Counted from the first letter of the stretch, positions 1 through 8,486 are shown. The stretch is 64,000 nt of DNA from Candidatus Peribacteria bacterium (GCA_023245865.1 JAHFJN010000001.1:486722-550721); one strand, 5' to 3'. The notes: generated by a model from the letters alone, not told the origin. Numbers and translations: made by a program.

Positions 1-2
1 AA

Positions 3-122
3 GGATACGCAATGGAAGTAAGATACTTTAGTCCGGACAGGAAATTCTGCATCGGGATCATCAGATCCGGCGGCAGAGCACCGTACATCATCGATGGGGT
101 GGATGGTGACGAGGTATTTTAA
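3..122 (+). CDS. 3' end of an ORF open at the window edge (unknown product)
   Basis: Frame 3 is stop-free from nt 3 to TAA at 120-122 (...GVDGDEVF*). No family recognised. Confidence 0.3.
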   Translation, partial: GYAMEVRYFSPDRKFCIGIIRSGGRAPYIIDGVDGDEVF

Positions 123-159
123 ATGACATCATTCACGATGAGACTGTATTGTAGGAAAG

Positions 160-942
160 ATGATCGACAGTCACTGTCACTTGGCCGACGCAGCGTTCGA
201 TGCTGATCGCGAGGCGGTGGTTACGCGAGCGCACGAAGCAGGCATCGAAACAATGATCACCATTGCAGATAGCATTTCCGAAGCCGAGAAATGCGTGCAG
301 ATTGCAGAGAAATATGATCACATTTTTTGTTCAGTTGGAGTCCATCCCCACAATGCGAAAGATTGGCAGAAGGGCGATGCTGCGAAGCTCACCGCGATGA
401 CGAAGCGATCCAAAAAAGTCCGTGCCATCGGCGAGATCGGCCTCGATTACCACTACAATCATTCAGCGCAAGATGTACAGCGGGGGGTCTTTTTGGAACA
501 ACTCACCCTCTCCCGTGAGCTGGGGCTCCCCGCGGTCGTTCATTGCAGAGAATCGATCGATGATATCCGCACGATCGTCCAAGAAGTCGAACCCCTCCAG
601 ATGGTCCTGCACTGCTGCACGGAAAAGTGGGAGGACATCGAATGGCTCCTCGAGCTTGGACATCTGCTCAGTTTCACAGGAATCGCGACCTACCCCAACG
701 CCGAAGTCATCCGAAACGTAATCAAGCACTGTCCCCTCTCGAAGATGATGATCGAAACAGATGCCCCGTATTTAGCGCCCATTCCACATCGAGGAAAACG
801 CAATGAACCAGCCTTCATCGTCGAAGTCGCCAGACTGATCGCGAAGATCAAGAACACCTCGCTCGAGGAAGTCGAAGCACAGACGACGAAGAATGCAGTG
901 GTGTTTTTTGGATTGTCGAATGGTGCCCTCGACAGGAATTGA
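160..942 (+). CDS. tatD: TatD-family metal-dependent hydrolase/DNase
   Basis: 260-aa ORF with N-terminal DSHCHL motif and TatD-like sequence throughout. Confidence 0.9.
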   Translation: MIDSHCHLADAAFDADREAVVTRAHEAGIETMITIADSISEAEKCVQIAEKYDHIFCSVGVHPHNAKDWQKGDAAKLTAMTKRSKKVRAIGEIGLDYHYNHSAQDVQRGVFLEQLTLSRELGLPAVVHCRESIDDIRTIVQEVEPLQMVLHCCTEKWEDIEWLLELGHLLSFTGIATYPNAEVIRNVIKHCPLSKMMIETDAPYLAPIPHRGKRNEPAFIVEVARLIAKIKNTSLEEVEAQTTKNAVVFFGLSNGALDRN

Positions 943-995
943 ACCTGTATTCCCGGCTTCGGAGGCCAGTGGTCTATCCGTTAACCTACGAGGGC
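921..995 (-). tRNA. tRNA-Arg (anticodon CCG)
   Basis: Hand-folded cloverleaf: acceptor GCCCTCG/CGAGGGC, anticodon loop CUCCGAA, T-loop TTCAATT, encoded CCA. Overlaps the last 22 nt of tatD. Confidence 0.9.
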
Positions 996-1048
996 GCGTC
1001 TGCATCTTACGAATACCTGCCACAAATTACCATCGTTTTCCCCTACTC

Positions 1049-1834
1049 CTACCCAAGTTCATCTTCTTCTCCTGCAAAAGAATGAGGTGTATCGATAGGA
1101 AGAATATTCTCCACCTGCGCATCGTGCAGAACGGCAAGAACGTCTTCGTCTGCGTAGGATTTTGTTTTAAGAAGAATGCCAGCCCGGGAGCCGGGTACCG
1201 TGGAAAGCGTGTACGTTTCGCCACCATCTGTCTGAAGATACCACTCTCCATCTTCCCCCCGGCGTAACCTGCCCCTGACCTGATCTCCAACTTCATCCAA
1301 GTTGAGTGTGAAAAAATCTTTGTTGGGATTGACGGAACATTGTTCAATGTTTCCCCTCTGTTTTTCGACACTCGAGATATAATCGATAGTAACTTGCTCC
1401 AAATCCGCATATCGGACAACGATGCGCTCGAGGCCATACTGTCGCATAAGCGAGTGAGAAAGCGGTATATCAAAGGCGTTCAGGATAGAGAGAATCTTTG
1501 CTCCAAAAACATGCTCCTGCATCAGGCGCAACTTATACAGATTCTCTATGCGCTTTAATTTGTGATGCATGGATTGATGAAGACATTCCGCAAGGGAGCT
1601 TTGAAAAGCTCTGCTTGCTTCACTGACCCTCGTACGCAGGTCACGCGACCATTTCAAGTCCGGGGTGGTAGGAATGAACGCTCCTTCGGAAGCCCAGTAT
1701 TCGAAACTGTTGTCTGCCACAAGCACAGTATGCCACCTGCAAGCCGAATTATGGCTATGGACATTGTCCGAACAATAATGCAAAGATATATGTGCAGGCG
1801 TACTGCACCAAACGTAAACGTGCGTTCCTTCCAA
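1049..1834 (-). CDS. hypothetical protein
   Basis: 261-aa ORF with no recognisable family. Start uncertain: only 19 nt separate it from the divergent STAS gene. Confidence 0.5.
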   Translation of the reverse strand: MEGTHVYVWCSTPAHISLHYCSDNVHSHNSACRWHTVLVADNSFEYWASEGAFIPTTPDLKWSRDLRTRVSEASRAFQSSLAECLHQSMHHKLKRIENLYKLRLMQEHVFGAKILSILNAFDIPLSHSLMRQYGLERIVVRYADLEQVTIDYISSVEKQRGNIEQCSVNPNKDFFTLNLDEVGDQVRGRLRRGEDGEWYLQTDGGETYTLSTVPGSRAGILLKTKSYADEDVLAVLHDAQVENILPIDTPHSFAGEEDELG

Positions 1835-1853
1835 TCACCACAGGGGGCAAATC

Positions 1854-2207
1854 ATGCAACAGTCTGAGCTGAAGAGAATTCGTGTCGAACAAACTGGTAA
1901 TATCACGATCGTCACTTTTCTTGACGCGGCACTGCTCGATGAAAAACTCATTGATGGACTCGGAGAAGAACTCCAAAGCCTTGTCCACGATCGATGCAAA
2001 ATTATCTTGGACTTCAATGATGTGACGTATCTATCGTCTGCCACTCTCGGCAAATTGATCTCCTTGCACAAGAAGACAAGGAAAGTAAGCGGACATTTGC
2101 GTCTCTGCAATCTGGCATCGGACATCGTCGAGGTCTTCAGCCTAACCAGTCTCGACAAATTCTTCTCGCTCTCACCCAATAGATTCACTGCAATAGTGGG
2201 ACTCTGA
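1854..2207 (+). CDS. STAS-domain protein (anti-sigma-factor antagonist-like)
   Basis: 117 aa; ...ILDFNDVTYLSSATLGKLISL... resembles the SpoIIAA/STAS fold signature. Confidence 0.75.
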   Translation: MQQSELKRIRVEQTGNITIVTFLDAALLDEKLIDGLGEELQSLVHDRCKIILDFNDVTYLSSATLGKLISLHKKTRKVSGHLRLCNLASDIVEVFSLTSLDKFFSLSPNRFTAIVGL

Positions 2208-2297
2208 AGATCGGAAAATACGGAAAACCTCGTTTACGATCACCGCTCTGCACCCACGTGGTACAGGGCGGTAATATGAGAATGCTACACTTTCCCC

Positions 2298-2570
2298 ATG
2301 CCCCACTACGTCTACCTTGCACGCTGCAGTGATGGCTCACTCTACGCAGGCACATGCATCGACCCCGCAGCACGCGAGGCGAAGCATAATACGGGCAAGG
2401 GCGCCAAGTACACACGCGGGCGGGGGCCGGTACGAATCATCTACATCAGAAAATGTCGCAGTTTACGTGATGCACGAAAGAAGGAAATGAAAATAAAAAA
2501 AATGCAGAAGCAAGAAAAGGAATTACTGATTTTGAAATTTCATGGAGGGGGCCATCGCCACGGGGGGTGA
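2298..2570 (+). CDS. GIY-YIG nuclease-domain protein (UPF0213-like)
   Basis: N-terminus YVYLARCSDGSLYAGTC...AREAKHN matches the GIY-YIG motif. The last ~6 codons run into structured repeat copy A. Confidence 0.8.
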   Translation: MPHYVYLARCSDGSLYAGTCIDPAAREAKHNTGKGAKYTRGRGPVRIIYIRKCRSLRDARKKEMKIKKMQKQEKELLILKFHGGGHRHGG

Positions 2571-2716
2571 AGGGGAAGCCCTGTCCTGCTAACAAGCAAT
2601 GACGAAACGAACTGCGAAGCCCTGGAGCAGTTCGTGAGGAATCACAGGGCGGGTGGAGGAGGATTGGCGATGGTGGCTTTCTTTGGTCCTTTCTTGTGCG
2701 GTAGACAAGAAAGGAC
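2552..2716 (+). repeat. structured repeat copy A (candidate ncRNA)
   Basis: Helices P1 2552-2560/2665-2673, P2 2578-2584/2644-2650, P3 2608-2615/2627-2634, 3' hairpin 2686-2697/2705-2716. Homologous to 4091-4246. Confidence 0.7.
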
Positions 2717-2741
2717 AAGAAAATCTCTGTACACTACCTCC

Positions 2742-3953
2742 ATGAAAGTCGCTCTCGTTCATGAACTCCTCACAATGCGCGGAGGGGCGGAGAAGATGCT
2801 GAAGATCCTCAGTGAGATGTTCCCGGAGGCCCCGATCTACACGCTCCTCTACGATGAAGCGAAACTGGGCGATTGGTTTGCGCGTGAACGCGTTCGCCCA
2901 AGCGTTCTCCAGCCATCTCGCAGCTCGCAGCTCATAACTCGCAGCTTCGCATTCAATCATCATTTTTATCTGCGCAAATTCCCCCGCGCTGTGGAGGCAT
3001 GGCCCTTCGATGGTTCGTGGTTCGACTACGCTCACCATGACAAGCTCACCATGACACGCGAATCATTTGATCTGGTGATCAGCAGCAGCTCCGCATTCAC
3101 GCACGGGATTATTACCAATGGTCACCCCAAACACCTCTGCTACGTCCATTCCCCCGCCCGCTACCTCTGGGATCGGACGCACGACGTATTGAAACGAAGC
3201 AGCAAAGGATTGCTCGGTCCACTCAGGCGCGCGTACCTGGAGCGCACTTTCCACAAACTTCGGGTCTGGGACACCGAAGCCGCAGACCGCCCCGATATGC
3301 TCCTGGCAGCCTCCAAAGAAGTACAACGTAGGATCGAACTCTACTGGAGACGCGAGAGTGAGGTCGTGTATCCGCCGATTGAGGACTGCTGGAGCGAGCA
3401 GCGACCAGCGACAAGCGAAGAGCATTCTACCCGCTACCCGCTACCCGCTACCCGCTACTTCTTAGTTGTCTCCACCCTTGTCCCCTACAAACGCATCGAC
3501 CTCGCGATCGAGGCCTGCAATCAAATCCATGTACCTCTCCTCATCATCGGCGAGGGGCCGGATAGAAGGAGATTGGAAAAATTAGCCGGACCGACTGTCA
3601 CATTCCTCGGGTATCAATCAGAGGAAGAAGTGCGCTGTGCGTATGCAGGAGCAACCGCAACGCTGTTCCCAGGTGATGAAGACTTCGGATTGGTCCCGCT
3701 CGAGTCGATGGCATGCGGAACACCGGTGATTGCATTCAAGAGCGGAGGCGCGCTTGAGACCGTGATCGAAGGTCAGACCGGTACGTTTTTTGAGCACCAA
3801 ACCCCCGAAAATCTCGCAGAGAAAATACGGCAGTTTGATCACAAGAACTACTCAAGCGAAAAATGCAGAGAGCAGGCAAATAAATTCAGCAGATTGCAGT
3901 TCGAACAAAAAATATATTCAGCAGTTGAAAGGGTGATGAATCTGCCATCGTGA
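2742..3953 (+). CDS. GT4-family glycosyltransferase
   Basis: MKVALVHELL... start at the internal ATG of the 2634 ORF. C-terminal EDFGLVPLESMACGTPVIA (E-x7-E) motif. Confidence 0.9.
   Translation: MKVALVHELLTMRGGAEKMLKILSEMFPEAPIYTLLYDEAKLGDWFARERVRPSVLQPSRSSQLITRSFAFNHHFYLRKFPRAVEAWPFDGSWFDYAHHDKLTMTRESFDLVISSSSAFTHGIITNGHPKHLCYVHSPARYLWDRTHDVLKRSSKGLLGPLRRAYLERTFHKLRVWDTEAADRPDMLLAASKEVQRRIELYWRRESEVVYPPIEDCWSEQRPATSEEHSTRYPLPATRYFLVVSTLVPYKRIDLAIEACNQIHVPLLIIGEGPDRRRLEKLAGPTVTFLGYQSEEEVRCAYAGATATLFPGDEDFGLVPLESMACGTPVIAFKSGGALETVIEGQTGTFFEHQTPENLAEKIRQFDHKNYSSEKCREQANKFSRLQFEQKIYSAVERVMNLPS
3428..3458 (+). repeat. perfect heptanucleotide tandem repeat (TACCCGC x4 plus TAC) inside the GT CDS
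   Basis: Read directly from the sequence; translates as RYPLPATRY. Confidence 0.95.
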
Positions 3954-4090
3954 GTACAAAATTTGTGCTAGACAGTTTTCCACATTCGAGGTCCCGGTGT
4001 CTTGCGTCGCGCGCGGACAGAGGTATTCTGATTGTGGAGAGGAGACGCTAGGAAATGTAAACCAATATTGTCATTCATTATTTTGGAGGC

Positions 4091-4246
4091 CCGCCGCCAC
4101 GGGGGGTGATGGGGAAGCCCTGTGCGAAGCTTCATGACGAAACAGACGCCGAAGCCTTGGAGGCGTCTGTGAGGAATGACAGGGCGAGCAGAGGAGGATT
4201 GGCGGCGGAGAATTTTTGGTTCTTTTGTTTCGTCTGACAAAAGAAC
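4091..4246 (+). repeat. structured repeat copy B (candidate ncRNA)
   Basis: P1 4091-4099/4200-4208, P2 4117-4123/4179-4185, P3 4143-4150/4162-4169, 3' hairpin 4219-4228/4237-4246. Lies in the convergent gap between the GT gene and ruvB. Confidence 0.7.
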
Positions 4247-4249
4247 AAA

Positions 4250-5290
4250 CTAGAACATCCCCTGCTGCCCCTGCGGCAGCTCCTTCCCCAATTTCTCATA
4301 GGTCTTCTTCGTCGCCATCCTCCCCTTCGGAGTTCGCTGCAAATAGCCTTGCTGCATCAGGAACGGCTCGTAGACATTCTCAATGGTTTCTTCTTCTTCG
4401 GCAAGGATCGCAGCGAGAGTCGAGAGTCCCACCGGCCCACCGGAAAATCCATCAATAAGAGTAGAGAGCAATTTGCGATCGGTTGCATCGAGCCCTTCAC
4501 GATCGATATCGAGCGACGCGAGCGTCTGCTCCACACACGGAAGATCAATGGAAGAAATACTGCTCACATGTGCGAAATCACGGATCGAACGCATCAAGCG
4601 GTTTGCGATACGCGGAGTTGCGCGGCTGCTGGTGGCTATCCGATCGGCGGCCTCGGGCAGGAGCGTGACCCCGAGGATACGCGCGGAGCGACGGACAATC
4701 GACTGCATCTCGGGGATTTCATAAAACATCAGTTTGAATTGATGCATGAATCTATCGCGTAAGGGGGCGCTCACGCTCCCCGCCTTCGTCGTCGCACCCA
4801 CGAGCGTAAAGGGTTTCAGGTTGAGCCGCACCGAGCGTGCGGTCGGGCCTTTCCCAATCATGATATCGAGCACGAAATCTTCCATCGCGCCGTAGAGCAC
4901 CTCTTCGACGACGGGTCGCAGTCTGTGGATCTCATCGATAAAGAGGACATCACCAACCCCGAGATTGGTGAGCAGCGCCGCCAGATCGCCCGGCTTCTCG
5001 ATGGCGGGGCCTGATGTGACTCGCACTTGAGCCCGCATCTCTTCCGCAATGATATGGGCGAGGGTGGTTTTGCCAAGGCCGGGCGGTCCATGGAGGAGCG
5101 TGTGGCCAAGAGGCTCGGTGCGAGATCGCGCCGCCTGCATGTGGATGACGAGGTGTTCTTTTATTTTTCCCTGACCGATGTATTCTCTGAGCAACCTCGG
5201 TCTGAGAGTCTCCTCGAGTTCGTCCTGCCGCCCCTTTTCCTTCACAGGCTGAAGGACAGGACTCGCCCGTGAGGTTCGCGACAGAGACAC
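4250..5290 (-). CDS. ruvB: Holliday junction branch-migration helicase RuvB
   Basis: GPPGLGKTTLA Walker A, DEIHRL, RuvB C-terminal domain. Start set at GTG 5290. ATG 5374 abuts the divergent ATG (CATATG) in AT-rich non-coding-looking sequence. Confidence 0.9.
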   Translation of the reverse strand: MSLSRTSRASPVLQPVKEKGRQDELEETLRPRLLREYIGQGKIKEHLVIHMQAARSRTEPLGHTLLHGPPGLGKTTLAHIIAEEMRAQVRVTSGPAIEKPGDLAALLTNLGVGDVLFIDEIHRLRPVVEEVLYGAMEDFVLDIMIGKGPTARSVRLNLKPFTLVGATTKAGSVSAPLRDRFMHQFKLMFYEIPEMQSIVRRSARILGVTLLPEAADRIATSSRATPRIANRLMRSIRDFAHVSSISSIDLPCVEQTLASLDIDREGLDATDRKLLSTLIDGFSGGPVGLSTLAAILAEEEETIENVYEPFLMQQGYLQRTPKGRMATKKTYEKLGKELPQGQQGMF

Positions 5291-5334
5291 GAGTTTTAGT
5301 CTAGCAGAAGCCTTAGAATCCAAGAAATGAGATA

Positions 5335-5363
5335 TTGACTTTTTATACAAAATAGTATTAAAT
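5335..5363 (+). promoter_or_regulatory. sigma70-like promoter (TTGACT-17-TTAAAT) for the 5375 ORF
   Basis: Hexamers read by eye; the -10 ends 11 nt before the ATG. Confidence 0.4.
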
Positions 5364-5374
5364 ACTTCTACCAT

Positions 5375-5977
5375 ATGTCGACCCGTTTGAAAATCATCGT
5401 CACGCTCGTCCTGCTCCTGCTGCTTGGTGGGCTTGGCGCTGCGGATTACTTCCTCTCGGGTGACGAGTACGCAGCGAAGCTCATAGAAAATCCTGACGCA
5501 TCGAGCGCATCCTCTTCTGAGAGCTATATACCGACCGTGGGCACGCAGAAGCAAAGCGGACCGGATGTCCTGAATGTGATCACTGCAGCCGGATACACGA
5601 CGCAGAAAAGTGAGGAGCTCAGCTTCCTTGCGCAGATCGCCGGCAGCGGTGCCAGTGTTTCTTCGGCAATCATTCTCAAAAATGACGATCGGGCGGGGTC
5701 CGTCACGTGGACCGATTCGCGTAACGTCAAGAATCAATTTATTGCCCTGAAGGAAGCGCTGCTCGGAGCATTTTCATCCAGAGTGTCGGACTTGCGCGAT
5801 GAGACGAAAGTGGAAACCGACTCCCCGGTCCGCAATATCCTCAGCTTCTCTGACCCTGCTTTAAGCGAAGAACGCCTCGTCTTTGTGCGGGTCCGCGAGC
5901 GCCTGTACGAATTCCACCTCGCGAAGGGGAAGGAGGACATGATGATAGGATTGATTGAGGAAATCACCACCAAGTAG
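5375..5977 (+). CDS. hypothetical membrane-anchored protein
   Basis: 200 aa with an N-terminal hydrophobic helix IIVTLVLLLLLGGLGA. No family recognised. Confidence 0.6.
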   Translation: MSTRLKIIVTLVLLLLLGGLGAADYFLSGDEYAAKLIENPDASSASSSESYIPTVGTQKQSGPDVLNVITAAGYTTQKSEELSFLAQIAGSGASVSSAIILKNDDRAGSVTWTDSRNVKNQFIALKEALLGAFSSRVSDLRDETKVETDSPVRNILSFSDPALSEERLVFVRVRERLYEFHLAKGKEDMMIGLIEEITTK

Positions 5978-5979
5978 GC

Positions 5980-6008
5980 TTGCACCAAGCCTTTCGATTC
6001 CCTAAGCT
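5980..6008 (+). promoter_or_regulatory. promoter-like TTGCAC-17-TAAGCT upstream of rplK
   Basis: The -10 ends 9 nt before ATG 6018 and no SD is present. The -35 overlaps hairpin AGGCTTG/CAAGCCT (5976-5992). Confidence 0.4.
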
Positions 6009-6017
6009 GCCGCCACT

Positions 6018-6440
6018 ATGGCTAAGAAAGTAAAGAAAGTCATCAAAGTGCAGGCACGCGGCGGACAGGCGAACCCTGCCCCCCCACTCGGACCCGCCCT
6101 CGGGCAAGCCGGGGTCGATATCCAGAAATTCTGCACGGAGTTCAATGCCAAGACGAAGGATCGTCAAGGGCAGGTGGTGCCCGTCGTACTCACGGTCTAT
6201 GAAGATCGCAGTTTTTCGTTCATCACCAAGCAAGCCCCCGCATCTGCGTTGATCATGGAGAAAGCGAAGATCCAGAAAGGGAGTGGAGAACCGAACAAGA
6301 ACAAGGTGGGTACTATTACAAAAGCGCAGCTCAAAGAGATCGCACAGACGAAAATGCCCGATCTCAATACGACCGATCTCGAGTCTGCGATGCTGTCGCT
6401 CGCGGGCACGGCGCGGAGTATGGGAGTGACGGTGGAATGA
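6018..6440 (+). CDS. rplK: 50S ribosomal protein L11
   Basis: 140 aa; ...[29 protein letters not shown]... is a canonical L11 N-terminal domain. Confidence 0.97.
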   Translation: MAKKVKKVIKVQARGGQANPAPPLGPALGQAGVDIQKFCTEFNAKTKDRQGQVVPVVLTVYEDRSFSFITKQAPASALIMEKAKIQKGSGEPNKNKVGTITKAQLKEIAQTKMPDLNTTDLESAMLSLAGTARSMGVTVE

Positions 6441-6487
6441 TGCCTCGATACAAAAAACATGTCATGTTTTTCACTCGGCATGACACA
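6441..6487 (+). repeat. intergenic module L (segments A and D' plus hairpin) directly after the rplK stop
   Basis: CCTCGATACA (6443-6452) and CACTCGGCATGACA (6472-6485) recur at 7155-7164 and 7237-7250. Confidence 0.8.
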
Positions 6488-6533
6488 TGTTGTCAATTCG
6501 TTTTTCGTGCGCACGCAATCCATTGCTCATATC

Positions 6534-7139
6534 ATGCCTCCCATGATGCCGATGTCGCCGACCATGATGTTTCAATCCGTAGGATTGCTCGGAGGGTTAT
6601 TCCTCCCGTTGATCGTCCTACTGCTGTTCGCAATACTCGTCCTTCCGGGCGTTCTTCATGGCTCAGGGAAGCCTCGCGCCATCGGTAAGGCCGCGTACAA
6701 CTACCTCGCTGCTTCCCTCGGAATCGTACTCATGAGTGCCGGCGGTCTGCCTGCCGTCTACGCGGTCTTTGCGCGTCAGCCGTTGACGACCGGTTCCTAT
6801 ACGGGGCTGCTGCTTGTGTTTGCGGTCGGCGGTCTCACATTCCTCTGGCACGATGCGCGACTCGAGAAGAGTGATAGCGTCTCGAAGGCGATTCCCGCCT
6901 CCCTCTTCTTCTTTACGTGGAAGTTTATCGGGCTCTTGGTGTCGCTCTTTGCCGGACTCTCCTTTGTACTGCGGATCATCGCGCAGACAGACACCGGTGC
7001 CTCCGACTGGTGGGTGATCCATCTGATCATGCTGCTCTACGGACTGCTGCTTTCTTGGTTCACGATCAGCGAAGAGAAACAAGCCATAAAACCTGCCCCG
7101 CATGCAGTACCGATGAAGACGGCGAAGGCAAAAAGGTAA
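6534..7139 (+). CDS. polytopic membrane protein of unknown function, inserted between rplK and rplA
   Basis: Several long hydrophobic stretches. Start ambiguous among clustered Met codons (6459 to 6552). Confidence 0.6.
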   Translation: MPPMMPMSPTMMFQSVGLLGGLFLPLIVLLLFAILVLPGVLHGSGKPRAIGKAAYNYLAASLGIVLMSAGGLPAVYAVFARQPLTTGSYTGLLLVFAVGGLTFLWHDARLEKSDSVSKAIPASLFFFTWKFIGLLVSLFAGLSFVLRIIAQTDTGASDWWVIHLIMLLYGLLLSWFTISEEKQAIKPAPHAVPMKTAKAKR

Positions 7140-7154
7140 TATATAGGCTCGGTG

Positions 7155-7250
7155 CCTCGATACAACCAGCTCTTCCCGTGTCATACCGAGTGTTTTTTGC
7201 GCACAAAAAATGTATCGAGGTACGGGAAGTGCTGGTCACTCGGCATGACA
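7155..7250 (+). promoter_or_regulatory. structured leader-like module R upstream of rplA
   Basis: Segments A, B, C, D, hairpin, A', C', B', D' give mutually crossing pairings. U-run at 7193-7198. Confidence 0.5.
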
Positions 7251-7372
7251 CACTTTACAGAGCTCTTTTTCCATGGCACACTGCCGCCGCTTTGTGGGAG
7301 TCCGCCTGAGGCGGACGCCAGCACCCTTCGATGCCTTCGGCACTCAGGGTAAACCACATTCCCCCCTTGACC

Positions 7373-8050
7373 ATGGCTCACGGAAAAAAATATCGCAATG
7401 CGAGCAAACTCGTCGATGCGACAAAGAAATACCCCCTCGCGGAAGCAACGGAGCTTTTGACGAAGCTTAGTACCACAACCTTCGATGCAACTGCGGAGGC
7501 GCACATTCGCATCAACGCCGACACCACCCAAGCCGATCAGCTCGTGCGGACGACTGTGAACTTGCCGCATGGCACGGGAAAGACAGTGCGTGTCGCAGCC
7601 TTCGTGCCGGACGACATGATCGACGATGCGAAGAAGGCAGGTGCGGACATTGCGGGCAATGACGACCTCGTAAAAGCAATCGAGAGCGGCGACATAAAAT
7701 TCGATGTCGCGGTGGCGGTGCCGATGATGATGAAGAGCCTCGGAAAAATCGCGAAGACACTCGGGCAAAAGGGATTGATGCCAAACCCCAAAGCGGGAAC
7801 CGTGACGGAGAATATTGGGAAGACCATCGAAGCGCTCAAAAAAGGCCGTATCGAATGCAAGATGGATAAATTCGGCATCATCCATGTCCCGTTCGGAAAA
7901 ATCAGCTTCGGCAGCAAGAAGCTCCAGGAAAACATGGAGGCCCTCCTGCAAGCCCTCGAAGAAGCGCGTCCCGCAGGCATCAAGAACAGCTATATCCTCA
8001 CTATGAGCCTTGCCCCCACGATGGGGCCGGGGGTGAAGGTGGCGCTGTAG
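7373..8050 (+). CDS. rplA: 50S ribosomal protein L1
   Basis: MAHGKKYRNASKLVD... is a canonical L1. Start is the internal ATG of the 7331 ORF. Confidence 0.97.
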   Translation: MAHGKKYRNASKLVDATKKYPLAEATELLTKLSTTTFDATAEAHIRINADTTQADQLVRTTVNLPHGTGKTVRVAAFVPDDMIDDAKKAGADIAGNDDLVKAIESGDIKFDVAVAVPMMMKSLGKIAKTLGQKGLMPNPKAGTVTENIGKTIEALKKGRIECKMDKFGIIHVPFGKISFGSKKLQENMEALLQALEEARPAGIKNSYILTMSLAPTMGPGVKVAL

Positions 8051-8053
8051 TAG

Positions 8054-8081
8054 TGGACAAATAAGAAATATATGATATATT
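8054..8081 (+). promoter_or_regulatory. promoter TGGACA-16-(TGa)TATATT
   Basis: The -10 ends 6 nt before ATG 8088, which predicts a leaderless transcript. Confidence 0.45.
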
Positions 8082-8087
8082 GGTTGC

Positions 8088-8486
8088 ATGGATACGCTTC
8101 ACAATCGAGAAGGGGCACGGGAAATGTTCCTGGAACAGTACCATTGGGCATGGACAGTCAGCGGACATCCCTGCACCGCCGATATTATGGAAACATTCGT
8201 GGCTGCTTTGGGAAATGAATTTCCACCGAATCTATCAATGCATTCCCTGTGGATTTTTATGTTTGGACATCTGCAACGCAATGATGTTCCGTTGAATTGG
8301 TTTTCTGAGTACGACCCAAACAAGCGTCATGCCCTCGAAGGGTCCGGGCATCCAATGGATTTTGATGAAACATTAGAAGAGATAGGGAAGATGATCAATC
8401 AGGGGATGAGAGAAGCCATAGCATCAAAAAAATCTCCCGCAGAGGAAGGCGACGCAGCGCAAAAAACCGATGAGGAACCCACCTGA
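8088..8486 (+). CDS. hypothetical protein
   Basis: 132-aa ORF with an acidic C-terminus. No family recognised. Confidence 0.55.
   Translation: MDTLHNREGAREMFLEQYHWAWTVSGHPCTADIMETFVAALGNEFPPNLSMHSLWIFMFGHLQRNDVPLNWFSEYDPNKRHALEGSGHPMDFDETLEEIGKMINQGMREAIASKKSPAEEGDAAQKTDEEPT

Noticed and set aside
2601-2640. Hammerhead-like look of AUGACGAAAC-hairpin-GUGAGGA in the structured repeat.
   Set aside because: There is no CUGAUGA box, and the residue at the would-be cleavage position after the stem is G, which is inactive in hammerheads. It also does not fit the HDV-like, twister or fluoride/ZTP/ykkC consensus sequences I could recall.
2552-4246. Integron attC interpretation of the repeats flanking the GT gene.
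   Set aside because: There are no RYYYAAC/GTTRRRY core sites at the ends and no intI gene in the window. The internal multi-helix architecture with conserved loops fits an RNA fold better than an attC bottom-strand hairpin.
5291-5737. N-terminal extension of the ruvB ORF (495-aa version) and the ATG at 5374.
   Set aside because: The extension has no RuvB homology and overlaps the convincing plus-strand gene at 5375. ATG 5374 is back-to-back with that gene's ATG (CATATG) inside an AT-rich promoter-like stretch. GTG 5290 gives a normal-length RuvB.
6438-6440. Alternative genetic code (UGA recoding, as in some CPR lineages).
   Set aside because: TGA cleanly terminates well-conserved genes at their expected lengths (rplK, hrcA, gyrA, the PrgI-like gene). 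No conserved protein requires read-through of TGA.
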